The translations under genes were made by a program, and so were the position numbers. DNA of 64,000 nucleotides from NCBI RefSeq assembly GCF_022045235.1, contig NW_027266266.1, positions 47,554,001 to 47,618,000 on the forward strand, written 5' to 3'. Numbering within the stretch: the stretch's first letter is position 1; the number at the start of each line of letters is the position of its first letter. Source of the stretch: Haliotis cracherodii. Lineage: Eukaryota. Below the pieces are notes generated by a model, which did not search any database, was not told the DNA's origin, and saw only the letters and a list, made by a program, of their open reading frames with translations. Below, in pieces: positions 38,612 through 51,700 of this stretch.

Positions 38612-38677
38612 CTGTGTGTGTGTGTGTGTGCAAGAATGGAGTGTGCATGCTCCGCAGTATTGGCAGGGTGTTTTATA
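38612..38677 (-). promoter_or_regulatory. Putative promoter and non-coding exon 0 of gene 4
   Basis: TATAAAA at 38671-38677 is followed by a consensus CAG|GTAAGT donor at 38612/38611. An acceptor (tttcgacag|cagcATG) precedes the start codon. Confidence 0.6.
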
Positions 38678-38914
38678 GACTCGATCAGCTGTTTGGTCAC
38701 ACACGCAAGGAGGTATGGGAGCGACTGGGAGACAACAATCTGATGTACACAATCTGACGCGCTTTCACCTATATTTTAAAATTTGAAAGTGATTATTTTA
38801 CCTGACATGTTAGAAACTGGAATTTTCTCCTCAGAATAACAGTGTGTAATGTTAAAAGGTGTATTGGGTGTTCATGTTTGCATCTGAATTTATTCTGGGC
38901 ATCTGTTGACCTGA

Positions 38915-38996
38915 ATACATTTTTTATGGACGTTTCAAAAACTACTTCTTGCTCCTTCACCAGCATTCGCCTGATGAAGAAACAAGAAGTAGCTCT
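38915..38996. mobile_element. Head-to-head Penelope-like hammerhead remnant
   Basis: Plus strand CCTGATGAAGAAACAAGAAGTAG mirrors minus strand CTGGTGAAGGAGCAAGAAGTAGTTTTTGAAACGTC. Confidence 0.5.
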
Positions 38997-41900
38997 GGAC
39001 CTCGTGACAAGGAATGAAAGAAGTTGCTATCCATAAAATAGTTTTAAAATAATCATGTTCTGAATGCTTATCAAAGACCTCATCTCATGACCTGCTCACC
39101 GACTTCTTTTAACAATCAAGGACGCTTCAGCGGGGCCCCTCGGCTGCTCTTGGACAGTTTGCTGAGCATGCGCCCGCGACCCTGTTTTCGTTGGTCAAGT
39201 GCAAACCCCTACGGGTACCTAAGAAACTTCAAACTCTAATTCAGTGGTCATATTTTTGATCTTAAAGGCTGCTAAGCAACATTTCTAGCCCTACGTCAGT
39301 GGTCATGTGTCAGACCCTTCAGGTTTCCAAAGGATGCTTCAGGTTTCTAAGCAACTTTCCATGCTCTGCTTCACTGGTCATGTTAACAACACAAAAGGTT
39401 GCCAGGGGACACCAATAGGTTGCTAAAGACCACTCCGAGATTTGCTTCAATAGGTCATGTCCATGGGTAATGGTTATGAGTACTTTAAGCATCAGAATCG
39501 CTGTGCAGAGTTGCGTCCCTTGGGCACGCCCGAAACCTATGATTGTGGGTTCGAATCCCGGTTCGCCCCGATTATGTTTCGAGGTTTGTCAGCACCATAC
39601 TCGTGCTCGTGGGTTTCACCTGCATCACCTGCATCACTTCGGCTTTCCTCCCACATTAAGCTGACACGCCGTGATATAACTGGAATACTGTTAAAAGCGG
39701 CGTTAAACCCAACTCACTCACTCACTCACTCTTTAAGCATCAGCACGAGGTCCAGGTCTGTTACAGACATAATGTTCATATATTCGCTAGAGAATCACCA
39801 AGAGGGCCGTTTCAGTGGTAATTTTGAGATATTAGCTAAACATCACCACGAAATTTGTTTTAGCGGTAATGTGTATATATTTGCTAAGCACCACCACGAG
39901 GTCTTTTGACAAAGCAAGATTCAAAAACTTCAGCTGGCATTAGATGTGTTACCCTAAGGGTCGCAATGATATAGAATTCTGCTTCTTTGTGAGAAGAAGG
40001 ACGTGGGTGGACCAATCGCCGCGATGCGCAGAGTTGCGTCCCTTAGCCGCGCCAGAAACCTATGATCTAAACTGGCTTCACTCTTTGTTCGCGCAACAAA
40101 CGTAGCGCTTTTGTGGTATAACTCTTCTCCATATGCGGCTATAGTTTGGATGCGTAGCGTAGTTTCGTCCAATCGCAGCCTACCAGAAATCGACCAACGC
40201 CTGCCCTTCGTTTAGGTTGACGGAGCCCAGTCAATGATCGAATCCTGGTAATACTTCTTCATTTGTCAGTACCATACACTTTGGATGCGCGGGGAGGGGG
40301 TGGTGTGATGTGCGTGTCAAGTGTGAGGGCATTGGTTTGTTAGATTCTGACTCAGTATCTTAGTATCATCATCAGAGGTTGAGTGCTGTCGATTTATAAT
40401 AATTTCTTTGGAGATAATATTCGGAAACATTGTGCCTCTAGTTTGAAAAAAACTTTCTGAGCGATGGAGATGTTAGAAATGTTCTGACGATTATGTGTTG
40501 GGCAAAAACTTGTATTTCAATAAACATTGTATGTCTTTAAGAAATGACCGAAAAAACATTCTGTTCCAGTGCTCCTCACCTAAATTTAAGTGACATGAAT
40601 TATCTTACAGCACACATGCTGTTAGGCGTCAGATTGCTGACCTAATTTAAATATTTTCTCTAAGAGCTAGCACACTTTTGATTATGTGTAAGAGGCCACA
40701 GTGTTTGAAGGGTGTTTCTGAACCAAGATATACTATTTGCAAGACAAAAATGTCTCAATCAAATAATGGACCGCCTACGTGACCTAGTGGCAGTGCGTCC
40801 GCCCGGAGAGCGGAAAGTCCGGGGTTCGATCCCCCGTCATACCAAAAGACGTTAAAGGATGGTGCTTGTTGTTGGATGGTGGAAATGAAAAACCCCCTGT
40901 TTTGCTGGATTTAATAATCGACACAAAGCATTACGTAGATGTAAATACGAAATAACAAAACAACTGGAAAAGTACTAGTCTGGATTTGCTAGTTTTATCT
41001 CAGTGCTCAATACAAAATGTACTTTACAGGAGGTAATTTGTAGGCACTTTCAACATTCAAAAATAAACCTAAGTCTAAATTGACATGGCAGAAACAGGCT
41101 ATAGGCATTATGCAAATTAGCCTGGAAAAAAGGTATCAAAACAACAACAAAAATAACAGCTATGTTTACCTACATAATAATGATGACATGTAAGTTGTTG
41201 TTTGAGAAGGGAATATGTTACGTTTACGTTCTGATATTTTGACGATGATTCACTATCCCACAATGCCACTCACAAATCACTAACCACTGACAAATCACAT
41301 GCACGTGGATTTCAAGCACCTGTTTTCACCTGTCGTCAAGGTGTCATAGGTCATGGACATTCACCTTGATCTAACACCTGGTTATGCTCAGTTTCACAAT
41401 AGTCTGTTTTGTTCATATTTTTACACACTTTTACCTGTAAAAAGAAATAAAAACATTTGATACGCTGTATTTGTGCAATGCCCAATTAGTACTAATTGAG
41501 TTGTTTGAATATTTATATATTTTGTATATTAACTGCATTTATTTAAACTCTGAGATCGAAAAAACATTTTTTTTTTCATTCCCGTGAGTACTTAAATACA
41601 AGCAGCCACACACACGTTCATGCTATATAAGTGCAATAATCTTGGACGCGACGTTAAACCCCATTTCACCTCACATCTGTCAAATATTGAGATAAATGTA
41701 GAAATGTAGAAAACGTCAACGCCAGAGAAAAATCGGCCTCGATTATCGAAACAGTTTCCATTCAGCGTAAAAGGCAAACTAGCGGTGAAAATCATATGAA
41801 TGGATCACTGAAAATCAGTGATGACACCAGGTGTTCGCAAAAAAGGGTAAGCACCTACCGGTCGCTCTCGCCACGCAAACAATTTGAATTAAAAGTGAGT

Positions 41901-42449
41901 GTGTGTTTGTTGTTGACGCCGCACGGCAGTAGTTCTGTCATATAGGACGGCGACCTGGAAACAATCGAGTCTCGACCAGACAATCAAGTGACACGATAGT
42001 GCATTACTGACTTTGTTGAAAATATAACGCTATATTAATTTTGAACGTCTAATGCGTACACCTGCAGAAAAGGAATCACTCCACTGAAAAACCAAGGCTC
42101 CTCCATATTCTAGTGTCCATTAAACGTGGGTTTAGGAGGATTTTAGTGTTGAATCACCCGAGAATTGCATCTCGCAACTCAAACTTAAAATACATTTTGT
42201 TGTTAAAGATTTGTTAGGGAAATATGATATTAGTATTAGTATTTCCCGAACACCTGGTATCATCACCATTTGATAATAGCTCATAAACATATGTTCATGC
42301 CATAGTATGAATTGTACAATTGATTCTGTTCACAGTAGAATTTTCTTAGGATTATAAAAATGTATTTTGTCGTTTTCATTTGCATTTTTCAGTAAAATGA
42401 CTGTTGTGATTCTGCTGTGACTTTAGCTTTATATCGATATTGTTTTGTG

Positions 42450-43827
42450 AGGAGATGTTCCTCTCCAAAGTTGGTTGTTTTCACAACACGATTACCTTTC
42501 TTGAATTCCTCTTCCATTGCGGGATGGTTGGGAAGATTCAAAATCAGTGGCCATGGTTAGCCAAGGGCCTTGTCAATGATCTGAATCCATGTTCAGATGA
42601 AGAAGCTGACACAAGACTCTTTTTTGCACATGTCTCCTGCTGCCAGGTATGGGTCATGATAGGATTTTGATTCCTGCAGTAGATACTGATGTCACTGTCC
42701 TGTCCATTGCATTGTTTGACAGAATAGATGTGTCTCACGCTTTTTGAACTGGCACACAATTCACATGTCCTTGTCGGATTCCACGGACCAGAGAAACCCT
42801 GTCACTTCCAGCTTTACTGGCTGTGGGCAGACATCTTTCTTTGTGGGAAAAGGCTAACATAAAAACAGCTCAGGAACCATCGAATGTGTATGACGAAGCA
42901 ACCAAGGCTTTGGTGATGTACCAACCAAACAGGATGGGAAGAACATGATGTCAGTCATTCAGCGTTTTGTGTGTGGTATTAATGAATGATTGGGTCAGTA
43001 TAAAAGTCGATGAGGCACGCAAAGACTTACTTAGTAAGAAAGGTAGAGCAATTGATTCCATCCCTCCCACATCAGCTGCTATGGACCAACGTGTAAAAAA
43101 AGCTGCATTTCATGCTGGCCACTGTTGGAGCCGAAGTCTGGAGGCCGAAACAGACCTATTTACACCTACTGAGTGGAGATCAGTAGCACACGGCTATGAG
43201 TCTTTGTGGGCTACACTACCACAAGCTTCTAAGTCATGCCAAGAGCTTCTGAATATAGTTGTAAGTGTGAGAGGGGTTGCAGAGCTAGGTGTGACTGTTA
43301 TGGCACATGTAATTGGTACAATACTTTGCACATGTGGTGGCAACTGTGGTCACATTTAATTGTCCCTAACCAACCAAAATTATTAGCCATTTATGGTATA
43401 TTTAAAAAAAATACAAATTTATTTTTTTAAATATCATGTTGTTGTCGTAGTATTCACCATATGAGTACACAATATTGATATAGTTAATTAGCCTTCATGA
43501 AGTAGGAAATGCATATTTTTATATTTTGTTCACATTTCAGTTAACCTAAATCAAGATAGATTATCAATTATGATAAAATATTTACATTACACATGTCATG
43601 GTTGGTAAATACATTCCAAAATATTCATTTTTCTTTATATATATCGACTCACCACCAAAAGAAACCCTAGGAATATATAGAGAAGTAAGTACGGTAAGAG
43701 GAGATATTTCCAGTGTGTATCAATTAATGACACAACTAAAAATCTATCAAGCGGAACCACAGAGTGTCTTTATTCTTATCAGGATAAATTATAAGGTTGC
43801 ACACGATTTCCAAACTTGACGCCCTTA
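42450..43827 (+). mobile_element. Decayed Academ(X)-like DNA transposon 3' part (XPG/FEN1-like domain plus Cys-rich C-terminus)
   Basis: Fragments read CSDEEADTRLFFAH, VDTDVTVL, FTGCGQTSFF, VDEARKDLLSKK..SIPPTSAAMDQRVKKAAFHAG, LWATLPQASKSCQELL and CKCERGCRARCDC..CTCGGNC. Frameshifted. Confidence 0.7.
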
Positions 43828-44638
43828 TCAGGCACAAGACAAATGATGTGACGAGTCATGGATCTATGACGTCACATTTGATGCTTTCATGCCCGTCGGT
43901 TCACATAACATACCAGTATGTTCGTTTGTGCATCAAACCAATCTAATATCTCTTGAATAAACGTAAATCTTCATATATTAACCTCCATATATGGTTTTCG
44001 CGTTTCTATTGTCGGAGAGTATATTTAGGTTGTGGGTCATGTTCACAAAGAGCTTCATTCCGCCATTTCGGCCTTATTGGCTTTGACAGTCATATTGGAT
44101 TTGTTTGGGTGGCCCCATATCTGGAAATGTTTGGAATGTCATTACCTACAACTGTGCCAAGTTTCATGCTTTTATCACAAAGTGATCCTATATCTGTCAC
44201 GAAACGGCGCCACAATATCGGGATCGGGTGGTCTGGCTCGCTGACTTGGTTGATGCATGTCATCGTATCCCAATTGCGTAGACCGATGCTCATGATGTCA
44301 ATCACTGGGATGTCTGGTCCAGACATAATTTTGAACAGACCGCCGTCATATAGCTGAAATATTGCTGATTGCGGCGTTAAACAACAAAACCCCCCAAAAC
44401 AAACAAGCAAATAAACAAACAAACAAACAAAACAGATTCCCAAACGCGTGTATTGTCACCCGATATTACAAAAAAACCAGGTTAGTTAGATTTAGTTAGT
44501 TAATGAATGAATGTATGTTTCTTTCAACATGAGTCGAAATTGTGTTATAATCTATGCGATTTATACTGTAATATACATCGCTTCGTTGGTAATGTTATCT
44601 AGACACGGCGTTGTTTAAAAATAATTTTATTGTCTTTT

Positions 44639-47600
44639 CTAACTTCCAGGAACACAATTCTTGTAGATCTGAAACCAGGAACACATATATGAAGATAAAT
44701 TCTAGGTTAATTAAATATTTTTAATTGTATGTGTGTTTATTTATGGTAAAGTATATGAAGAAATGCGGGAGTCTGTCTATACAGAAAGCCCTACAAACCC
44801 AATCTCATTAAAATCAGATCTTAGTTCTCGCTATCGCTAAACAAAGATCTGAGGACATCCCATTAAGGGTCACGTCAGAATGACCTTTCATCCAACCAAT
44901 CAGAGCCTCGCTTACCAGATCATGAAAGTGACAGTCGGAATGTGTTTTCTAATCATGCAACCACGAAATATTTAACACAGGGTATTCCGAACGACAGTTA
45001 CGGGTTTTATGATTATACACATACAATCTATAAGTTTCCAGAATGTTCTTCTCATCAGTTTTAATTTTTTGTAATCGAGAATACGTCAAAATATGTTTCG
45101 AAGCGTAGTCGCCAGTTTGAAACTAGTGTCGTAAAGCTCGAGGAATCTGCCTTCTGATTGGCTAATGTCGATTTCTTGTCAGTCATTTCATTGGTCGGTC
45201 AAAATTCGCGAAAGGTCGTTCTGACGTGACCCGTAATGGGATGTCCTCAGATCTTTGTTTAGCGGTAGCGAGAACTAAGATCTGATTTTAATGAGATTGC
45301 CACAAACCAGTCCACATGATAACATCATTTAAGAAGATATTTCTGTTGTTGATGAAGCCGAATATGTCATCAAAAGTAATTTGCTCTGAACCAGACAAAC
45401 CAGTGATCGATATTGTGAGCGATGTTCATAAACTATTTGTGACTAATCTATGACGTCATTGACGTCCTTATGACGTTATTTTGTACTGAGAGCATGTTGT
45501 TACTCACGTCGAGCATAAATGTTTGGAACTCGGCGTTAGACAATTTACCGTCACCTGAAACATAAGGGTGTACTTTGAACTTGGGGTGAGATCGGGTGAT
45601 CGAGTGGGTGAGGGAGTGTTTGTCGATGGCGCACTCAACAGTAGTCCAGCCATATCACGGCTTTATTAAAAGCTCGTGCTCGTGGGTTTCAAGTTGTAAA
45701 GTCTGAGACCTTCATCACTTCGGGTTTTTCCTCCCACGTTAAACACTGGGTGAAAAGCTAGATATATTTTCTTATCGGCGTAAAAAGATTAATATGGATG
45801 TTAAGTTACTATTTCATCGCTCAGCATATAATCCGACTTACCTTTCATTGCTAAAAGAATCATGTCGGTTATCACAAGCTTCACTTTTGCCTGCACATCC
45901 GAACACGTCATATTCCACTTGATAGTGGTGGCTATACTTACAGACGTAGACAAGAAACCAAGTACGATTCACGTTTGTTTGCTTGTTTAACGTCGCACTC
46001 GGCAATACTCCAGCTATATGACGGCCTGTAATTAGTCCAGTTTAGGCAGACAATCCAGTGATCGATATTGTGAGCTACGAACCTCGCCGTCAGGGTATGC
46101 TGACACGCAGTCAACCAAGCCACGGAACCTGACAACCCGATCCAATACGTCGGCATCGGTGGCTGATATTCAGTTGTAACCCGGAATCCCCACGGGGTCA
46201 GTGCGATTCAACCTGGTGGTGATTTTGTTTGTTTGTTGTTTAACGCCGCACTCAGCAATATTCCAGCTATATGACGGCGATCTGTAAATAATCGAGTGTT
46301 GACCTGACAATCCAGTAATTGACATCATGAGCATCTATCAACGCATTGGTGATACGATGACATGTATCAACCAAGTCAGCGAGCCTGACCACCCGATCCC
46401 GTTGGTCGCCTCTTACGGCAAGCATGGGTTGCTGAAGACCTATTCTAACCCGGATATTCACGGGTCGTATCTGTGGTGAGGATCTTTGGCTGCAATAGTT
46501 TCTAACAGTGGATGAAGTGGCCACAACTCTCACCGTTGCTGTCAATCTCTGCTTGAAGACCGAGGAAGTCGGCAGATGTTAGTTTCAGGTCATCGTTCTT
46601 GTCGAAGTGGTGGAAGAGATAGATGGCGAAGTCGCGCCCGTCATGGTACCGCAAGATCCACTGAATCACAAATTCCGCCTCCGAGATCTCACTGTTGTCT
46701 GTGAATTTGTGTCATCATTATAGAGATTGCTGCACTAGTACCCGTTAGATACCGTTTATATCACAACCAGTGTGTTTCAAGACGTATCTAACCACCCAAA
46801 CGTTTTATTTGTCTGTTTTTCGTCACTGATCTGAATCATACAATTATCTTCTCAGTGGCGAGGAGCCAACAGTACGTACATTGTACATGGTGCCACATTG
46901 CATTTGCTCCGGGCATCCATTAAACAATAAATAAAAAAATATATTTCAGTACGTTCTGGATCAAATTGTTATTCCAAGATGACCCCATTGGTCTTATCTC
47001 AGAAGAAGGTGGGGACACTGAAATTATATTTGTTTGATAGTTGTTCAACTCCGCACGTATGACGGCTGCCTATAAATATTAAAATTTTAAAAGACAAAAT
47101 GAATAATGCATTTCCCCTGCATCCCCGATCCGCCAGCACGTGCTATACATTCACACACCACATGCTTACACAACAATCACCTCCGGGATGTTACATTGAC
47201 ACTCTAACAAGCACAACAAAGAACTACACAACCATCAACTCAAAGAGATTACATTGCCATTCTAAAATGCACAACAAAGAACTACACAACCATCAACTCA
47301 AAGAGATTACATTGCCATTCTAAAATGCACAACAAAGAACTACACAACCATCAACTCAAAGAGATTACATTGCCATTCTAAAATGCACAACAAAGAACAA
47401 CACAACCATAAACTCAAAGAGATTACATTGCCATTCTAAAATGCACAACAAAGAACTACACAACCATCAACTCAAAGAGATTACAATGCCATTCTAAAAT
47501 GCACAACAAAGAACATCACAACCATCAACTCAAAGAGATTACATTGCCATTCTAAAATGCACAACGAAGAACTACACAACCATCAACTCAAAGAGATTAC

Positions 47601-50466
47601 ATTGCCATTCTAAAATGCACAACAAAGAACAACACAACCATCAACTCAAAGAGATTACATTGCCATTCTAAAATGCACAACAAAGAACTACACAACCATC
47701 AACTCAAAGAGATTACATTGCCATTCTAAAATGCACAACAAAGAACTACACAACCATCAACTCAAAGAGATTACATTGCCATTCTAAAATGCACAACAAA
47801 GAACAACACAACCATCAACTCAAAGAGATTACATTGCCATTCTAAAATGCACAACAAAGAACAACACAACCATCAACTCAAAGAGATTACATTGCCATTC
47901 TAAAATGCACAACAAAGAACTACACAACCATCAACTCAAAGAGATTACATTGCCATTCTAAAATGCACAACAAAGAACAACACAACCATCAACTCAAAGA
48001 GATTACATTGCCATTCTAAAATGCACAACAAAGAACTACACAACCATCAACTCGAAGACTTTACGTTGACATTGTGAAGTGCACAACAGGAAACAACACA
48101 ACCATCAACTCATAGATTTTACGTTGACATTGTGAAGTGCACAACAGGAAACTACACGACCATCAACTCGAAGAGTTTACGTTGCCATCCTAATATGCAC
48201 AATGCACGTTACATATCAACAAACGTGTTTGCACACTAACATTCTACACAACCGTCAACCCGAAGATTTTACGTTTGCATTCTTAAGTTCACATCACAGA
48301 ACTACACCACCGTCAACCCGAAGATTTTACGTTTGCATTCTTAAGTTCACATCACAGAACTACACAGCCGTCAACCCGAAGATTTTATGTTTGCATACCT
48401 AACTTCACGTAGGAGAAAAACACAATCATCAACTCGAAAATATTTACATTCTCAAATTAAAATCAAAGAACTACATGACTATCAACTCAAAGATTTTACG
48501 TTTACTTCTTGAATTCACATCAACGAACTACGCAACCGTCAACCCGAAGATTTTACGTCTACATTAGTAAATCACACCCCAGAACTATGCAACCACTAAC
48601 CCGAAGATTTTAGGCTTACATTTGCAATGCACAAAATAGCCACTCAACCATCAACACGAAAGCTTTAGGTTTAAATTCTTAAATGTAAACTACACAGATG
48701 TTTGCACAGGAAAGATTAACACAACTACCAACTAGCAGATTTACGTTCCCATTAACAAACACATCAATGAACGACACAGCTGTCACATGGAAGATGTTAC
48801 GTTTACGTTCACACGTGCAGATGGGCATCAGTGTGTAGCATCTTTACGGGTGTTGGGAAGATTGCAGTATGTTATATGTGTTCAGATGATAAACAATGCG
48901 TACTGTCACTGTCGTATCTTGTGACGAACTCGGAAACGACTTCACTCTGCTCCAATGTGCCGTCGCCATTTTTGTCCATGTCATTGATGATGTTGCGGAC
49001 GGCGAGGTAAGGGGAGAAATTAAGGCTGGTTTGGATACAACCCTGCTGGCGGAGATTGTGAGCAAGGCTGGCGAAGAATCATATAAACCTTTTAGACAAA
49101 AGACACAGATTTATAATGACGGAATATTGAAGACTTAATCAGAGAGAAATGTCTTTTGTGAAACTGACTCAACATCATCCAATTTCCGAAACACCACCAT
49201 GTGTCACTCAACCACACAGTGTGACAGATCCGAGTCTCCATCACGTGTCACACAACCATACTGTGCTACAGATCCGAGTCTCCACCACGTGTCACTCAAC
49301 CACACAGTGCAAGAGATCCGAGTCTCCATCACGTGTCACTCAAACAAACAGTGCTACAGATCCCAGTCTATATCACGTGTAACACAACCATACTGTGCTA
49401 CAGATCCAAGTCTATATCACGTGTCACACAACCACACAGTACTACAGATCCGAGTCTATATCACGTGTCACACAACCACACAGTACTACAGATCTGAGTC
49501 TATATCACGTGTCACACAACCATACTGTGCTACAGATCCGAGTCTTCATCACGTGTCACTTAACCACACAGTGCAAGAGATCCGAGTCTCCATCACGTGT
49601 CACTCAAACACACAGTGCTACAGATCCCAGTCTATATCACGTGTCACACAACCATACTGTGCTACAGATCCAAGTCTATATCACGTGTCACACAACCACA
49701 CAGTACTACAGATCCGAGTCTATATCACGTGTCACACAACCACACAGTACTACAGATCCGAGTCTATATCACGTGTTACACAACCATACTGTGCTACAGA
49801 TCCGAGTCTTCATCACGTGTCACTTAACCACACAGTGCTACAGATCCGAGTCTTCATGACGTTTCACTTAACCACACAGTGCTACAGATCCGAGTCTATA
49901 TCACGTGTCACACAACCACACAGTACTACAGATCCGAGTCTATATCACGTGTCACACAACCATACTGTGCTACAGATCCGAGTCTTCATCACGTGTCACT
50001 TAACCACACAGTGCTACAGATCCGAGTCTATATCACGTGTCACACAACCATACAGTGCTACAGATCCCAGTCTCCATCACGTGTCTCTCATCTCAACCAT
50101 ACTGTGCTGCAGATCCGAGACTCCATCACGTGTCACTCAACCACACAGTACTACAGATCCGAGTCTATATCACGTGTCACACAACCATACGGTGCTACAG
50201 ATCCGAGTCTTCATCACGTGTCACTCAACCACACAGTGCTACAGATCCGCGACTCAACCACCTACCACTCAATCTTACAGTGCTTGCCTTTGCATGTGTT
50301 TATGACGGATGCCCCCGGTTGAGGGATACGAGATACCGTCCCCATTTTTGCGAACACCTGGTGTCATCCCCAGTTAACAATGATTCATATACACGTGTTC
50401 ATGATTGACTCACCCATGCACTGCTGCAGATCCGAGAAGTAGAAAGACAAGGCGGAGATCAGGCAT
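44639..50466 (-). CDS. Gene 5: secreted four-EF-hand protein, 152 aa. Exons 50414-50466, 48904-49067, 46534-46698, 45508-45554, 44639-44668
   Basis: MPDLRLVFLLLGSAAVHG LAHNLRQQGCIQTSLNFSPYLAVRNIINDMDKNGDGTLEQSEVVSEFVTRYDSD NNSEISEAEFVIQWILRYHDGRDFAIYLFHHFDKNDDLKLTSADFLGLQAEIDSN GDGKLSNAEFQTFMLD IYKNCVPGS*. AATAAA at 44626-44631. Confidence 0.92.
44800..45299. mobile_element. MITE with ~90-bp TIRs and a probable 9-bp TSD (Mutator-like) in gene 5 intron 4
   Basis: CAATCTCATTAAAATCAGATCTTAGTTCTCGCTA... at both ends in inverted orientation. Flanks are ctacaaacc and ccacaaacc. Confidence 0.85.
46224..46466 (-). mobile_element. Non-tRNA SINE-like retroposon, family D. Other copies at about 8012-8190(+), 11288-11510(-), 13228-13477(-), 20686-20946(+), 23722-23930(-), 30211-30432(+), 30964-31142(+), 35874-36040(-), 44220-44430(+), 45975-46197(-), 61500-61737(-)
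   Basis: Dispersed ~245-bp repeat, often 5'-truncated, with an (AAAC)n tail and the same 3' end as families A-C. No A/B boxes in the head. Confidence 0.85.
47210..48800. repeat. 58-bp minisatellite in gene 5 intron 2; homogeneous to ~48050, then degenerate
   Basis: Unit gaactacacaaccatcaactcaaagagattacattgccattctaaaatgcacaacaaa. Confidence 0.95.
49198..50260. repeat. 44-bp minisatellite in gene 5 intron 1
   Basis: Unit acgtgtcacacaaccatactgtgctacagatccgagtctatatc. Confidence 0.95.
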
Positions 50467-50611
50467 TGTTCTGGAGATGATGAAGATATATCAGTTGGAG
50501 AAAATTGCTCACAATATTATGTCATGCATTCAGTGAAAAAGTGAAGACCATATGTCATTGCTACTTCATTGTCAGTTACTCGTGTCACTCTATGGTTCTT
50601 TTAACAGATAA

Positions 50612-51700
50612 AACAAACGTCCAAATGCCAGCTGTGATACGTGATGCGTCAACATATAAAACGTCCTAATGTCAGCTGTGATACGTGATGCGTCAACATA
50701 TAAAACGTCCTAATGCCAGCTGTGATACGTGCTGCGTCAACATATAAAACGTCCTAATGGCAGCTGTGATACGTGATGCGTCAACATACAAAACGTCCAA
50801 ATGCCAGCTGTGATACGTGCTGCGTCAACATATAAAACGTCCTAATGCCAGCTGTGATACGTGATGCGTCAGTTACTCGTGTCACTCTATGGTTCTTTTA
50901 ACAGATAAAACGTCCAAATGCCAGCTGTGATACGTGCTGCGTCAACATATAAAACGTCCTAATGCCAGCTGTGATACGTGCTGCGTCAACATATAAAACG
51001 TCCTAATGTCAGCTGTGATACGTGCTGCGTAAACATATAAAACGTCCTAATGTCAGCTGTGATACGTGATGCGTCAACATATAAAACGTCCTAATGTCAG
51101 CTGTGATACGTGATGCGTCAACATATAAAACGTCCTAATGTCAGCTGTGATACGTGATGCGTCAACATATAAAACGTCCTAATGTCAGCTGTGATACGTG
51201 ATGCGTCAACATATAAAACGTCCTAATGTCAGCAGTGATACGTGATGCGTCAACATATAAAACGTCCTAATGTCAGCTGTGATACGTGATGCGTCAACAT
51301 ATAAAACGTCCTAATGTCAGCTGTGATACGTGATGCGTCAACATATAAAACGTCCTAATGTCAGCAGTGATACGTGATGCGTCAACAGATGAAACGTCAT
51401 TATGTCAGCAGTGATACGTGATGCGTCAACAGATGAAACGTCATTATGTCAGCAGTGATACGTGATGCGTCAACAGATAAAACATCATAATGTCAGCTGT
51501 AATATGTGTTGCATAAACGGAAAAAAACGTCCTAACGTCAGCAGTAATGCATCAACAGCAAACAAACGTCAGCTGTGATACGTGATGCGTCAGGAGGAAA
51601 ACGTCATATCGTAAGCTGAAATACGTGATGCGCCAACAGAAAAAAAACCCGTCACCCGTTAGCTGTGATCCGTGATGCGTGAGCAGAAAAACGTCAGCTG
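50612..51700. repeat. 44-bp minisatellite upstream of gene 5 exon 1
   Basis: Unit cagctgtgatacgtgatgcgtcaacatataaaacgtcctaatgt. Confidence 0.95.

Noticed and set aside
42967-43359. Host nuclease or zinc-finger gene
   Set aside because: Frameshifted and intronless, with motifs matching a transposon-borne XPG-like protein.
47210-48050. Regularly spaced repeats resembling a CRISPR array
   Set aside because: Contiguous tandem units with no unique spacers, no cas genes, and a eukaryotic intronic context. The same applies to all arrays here.
49199-50408. 368-aa and overlapping ORFs
   Set aside because: 44-bp intronic minisatellite cycling through frames.
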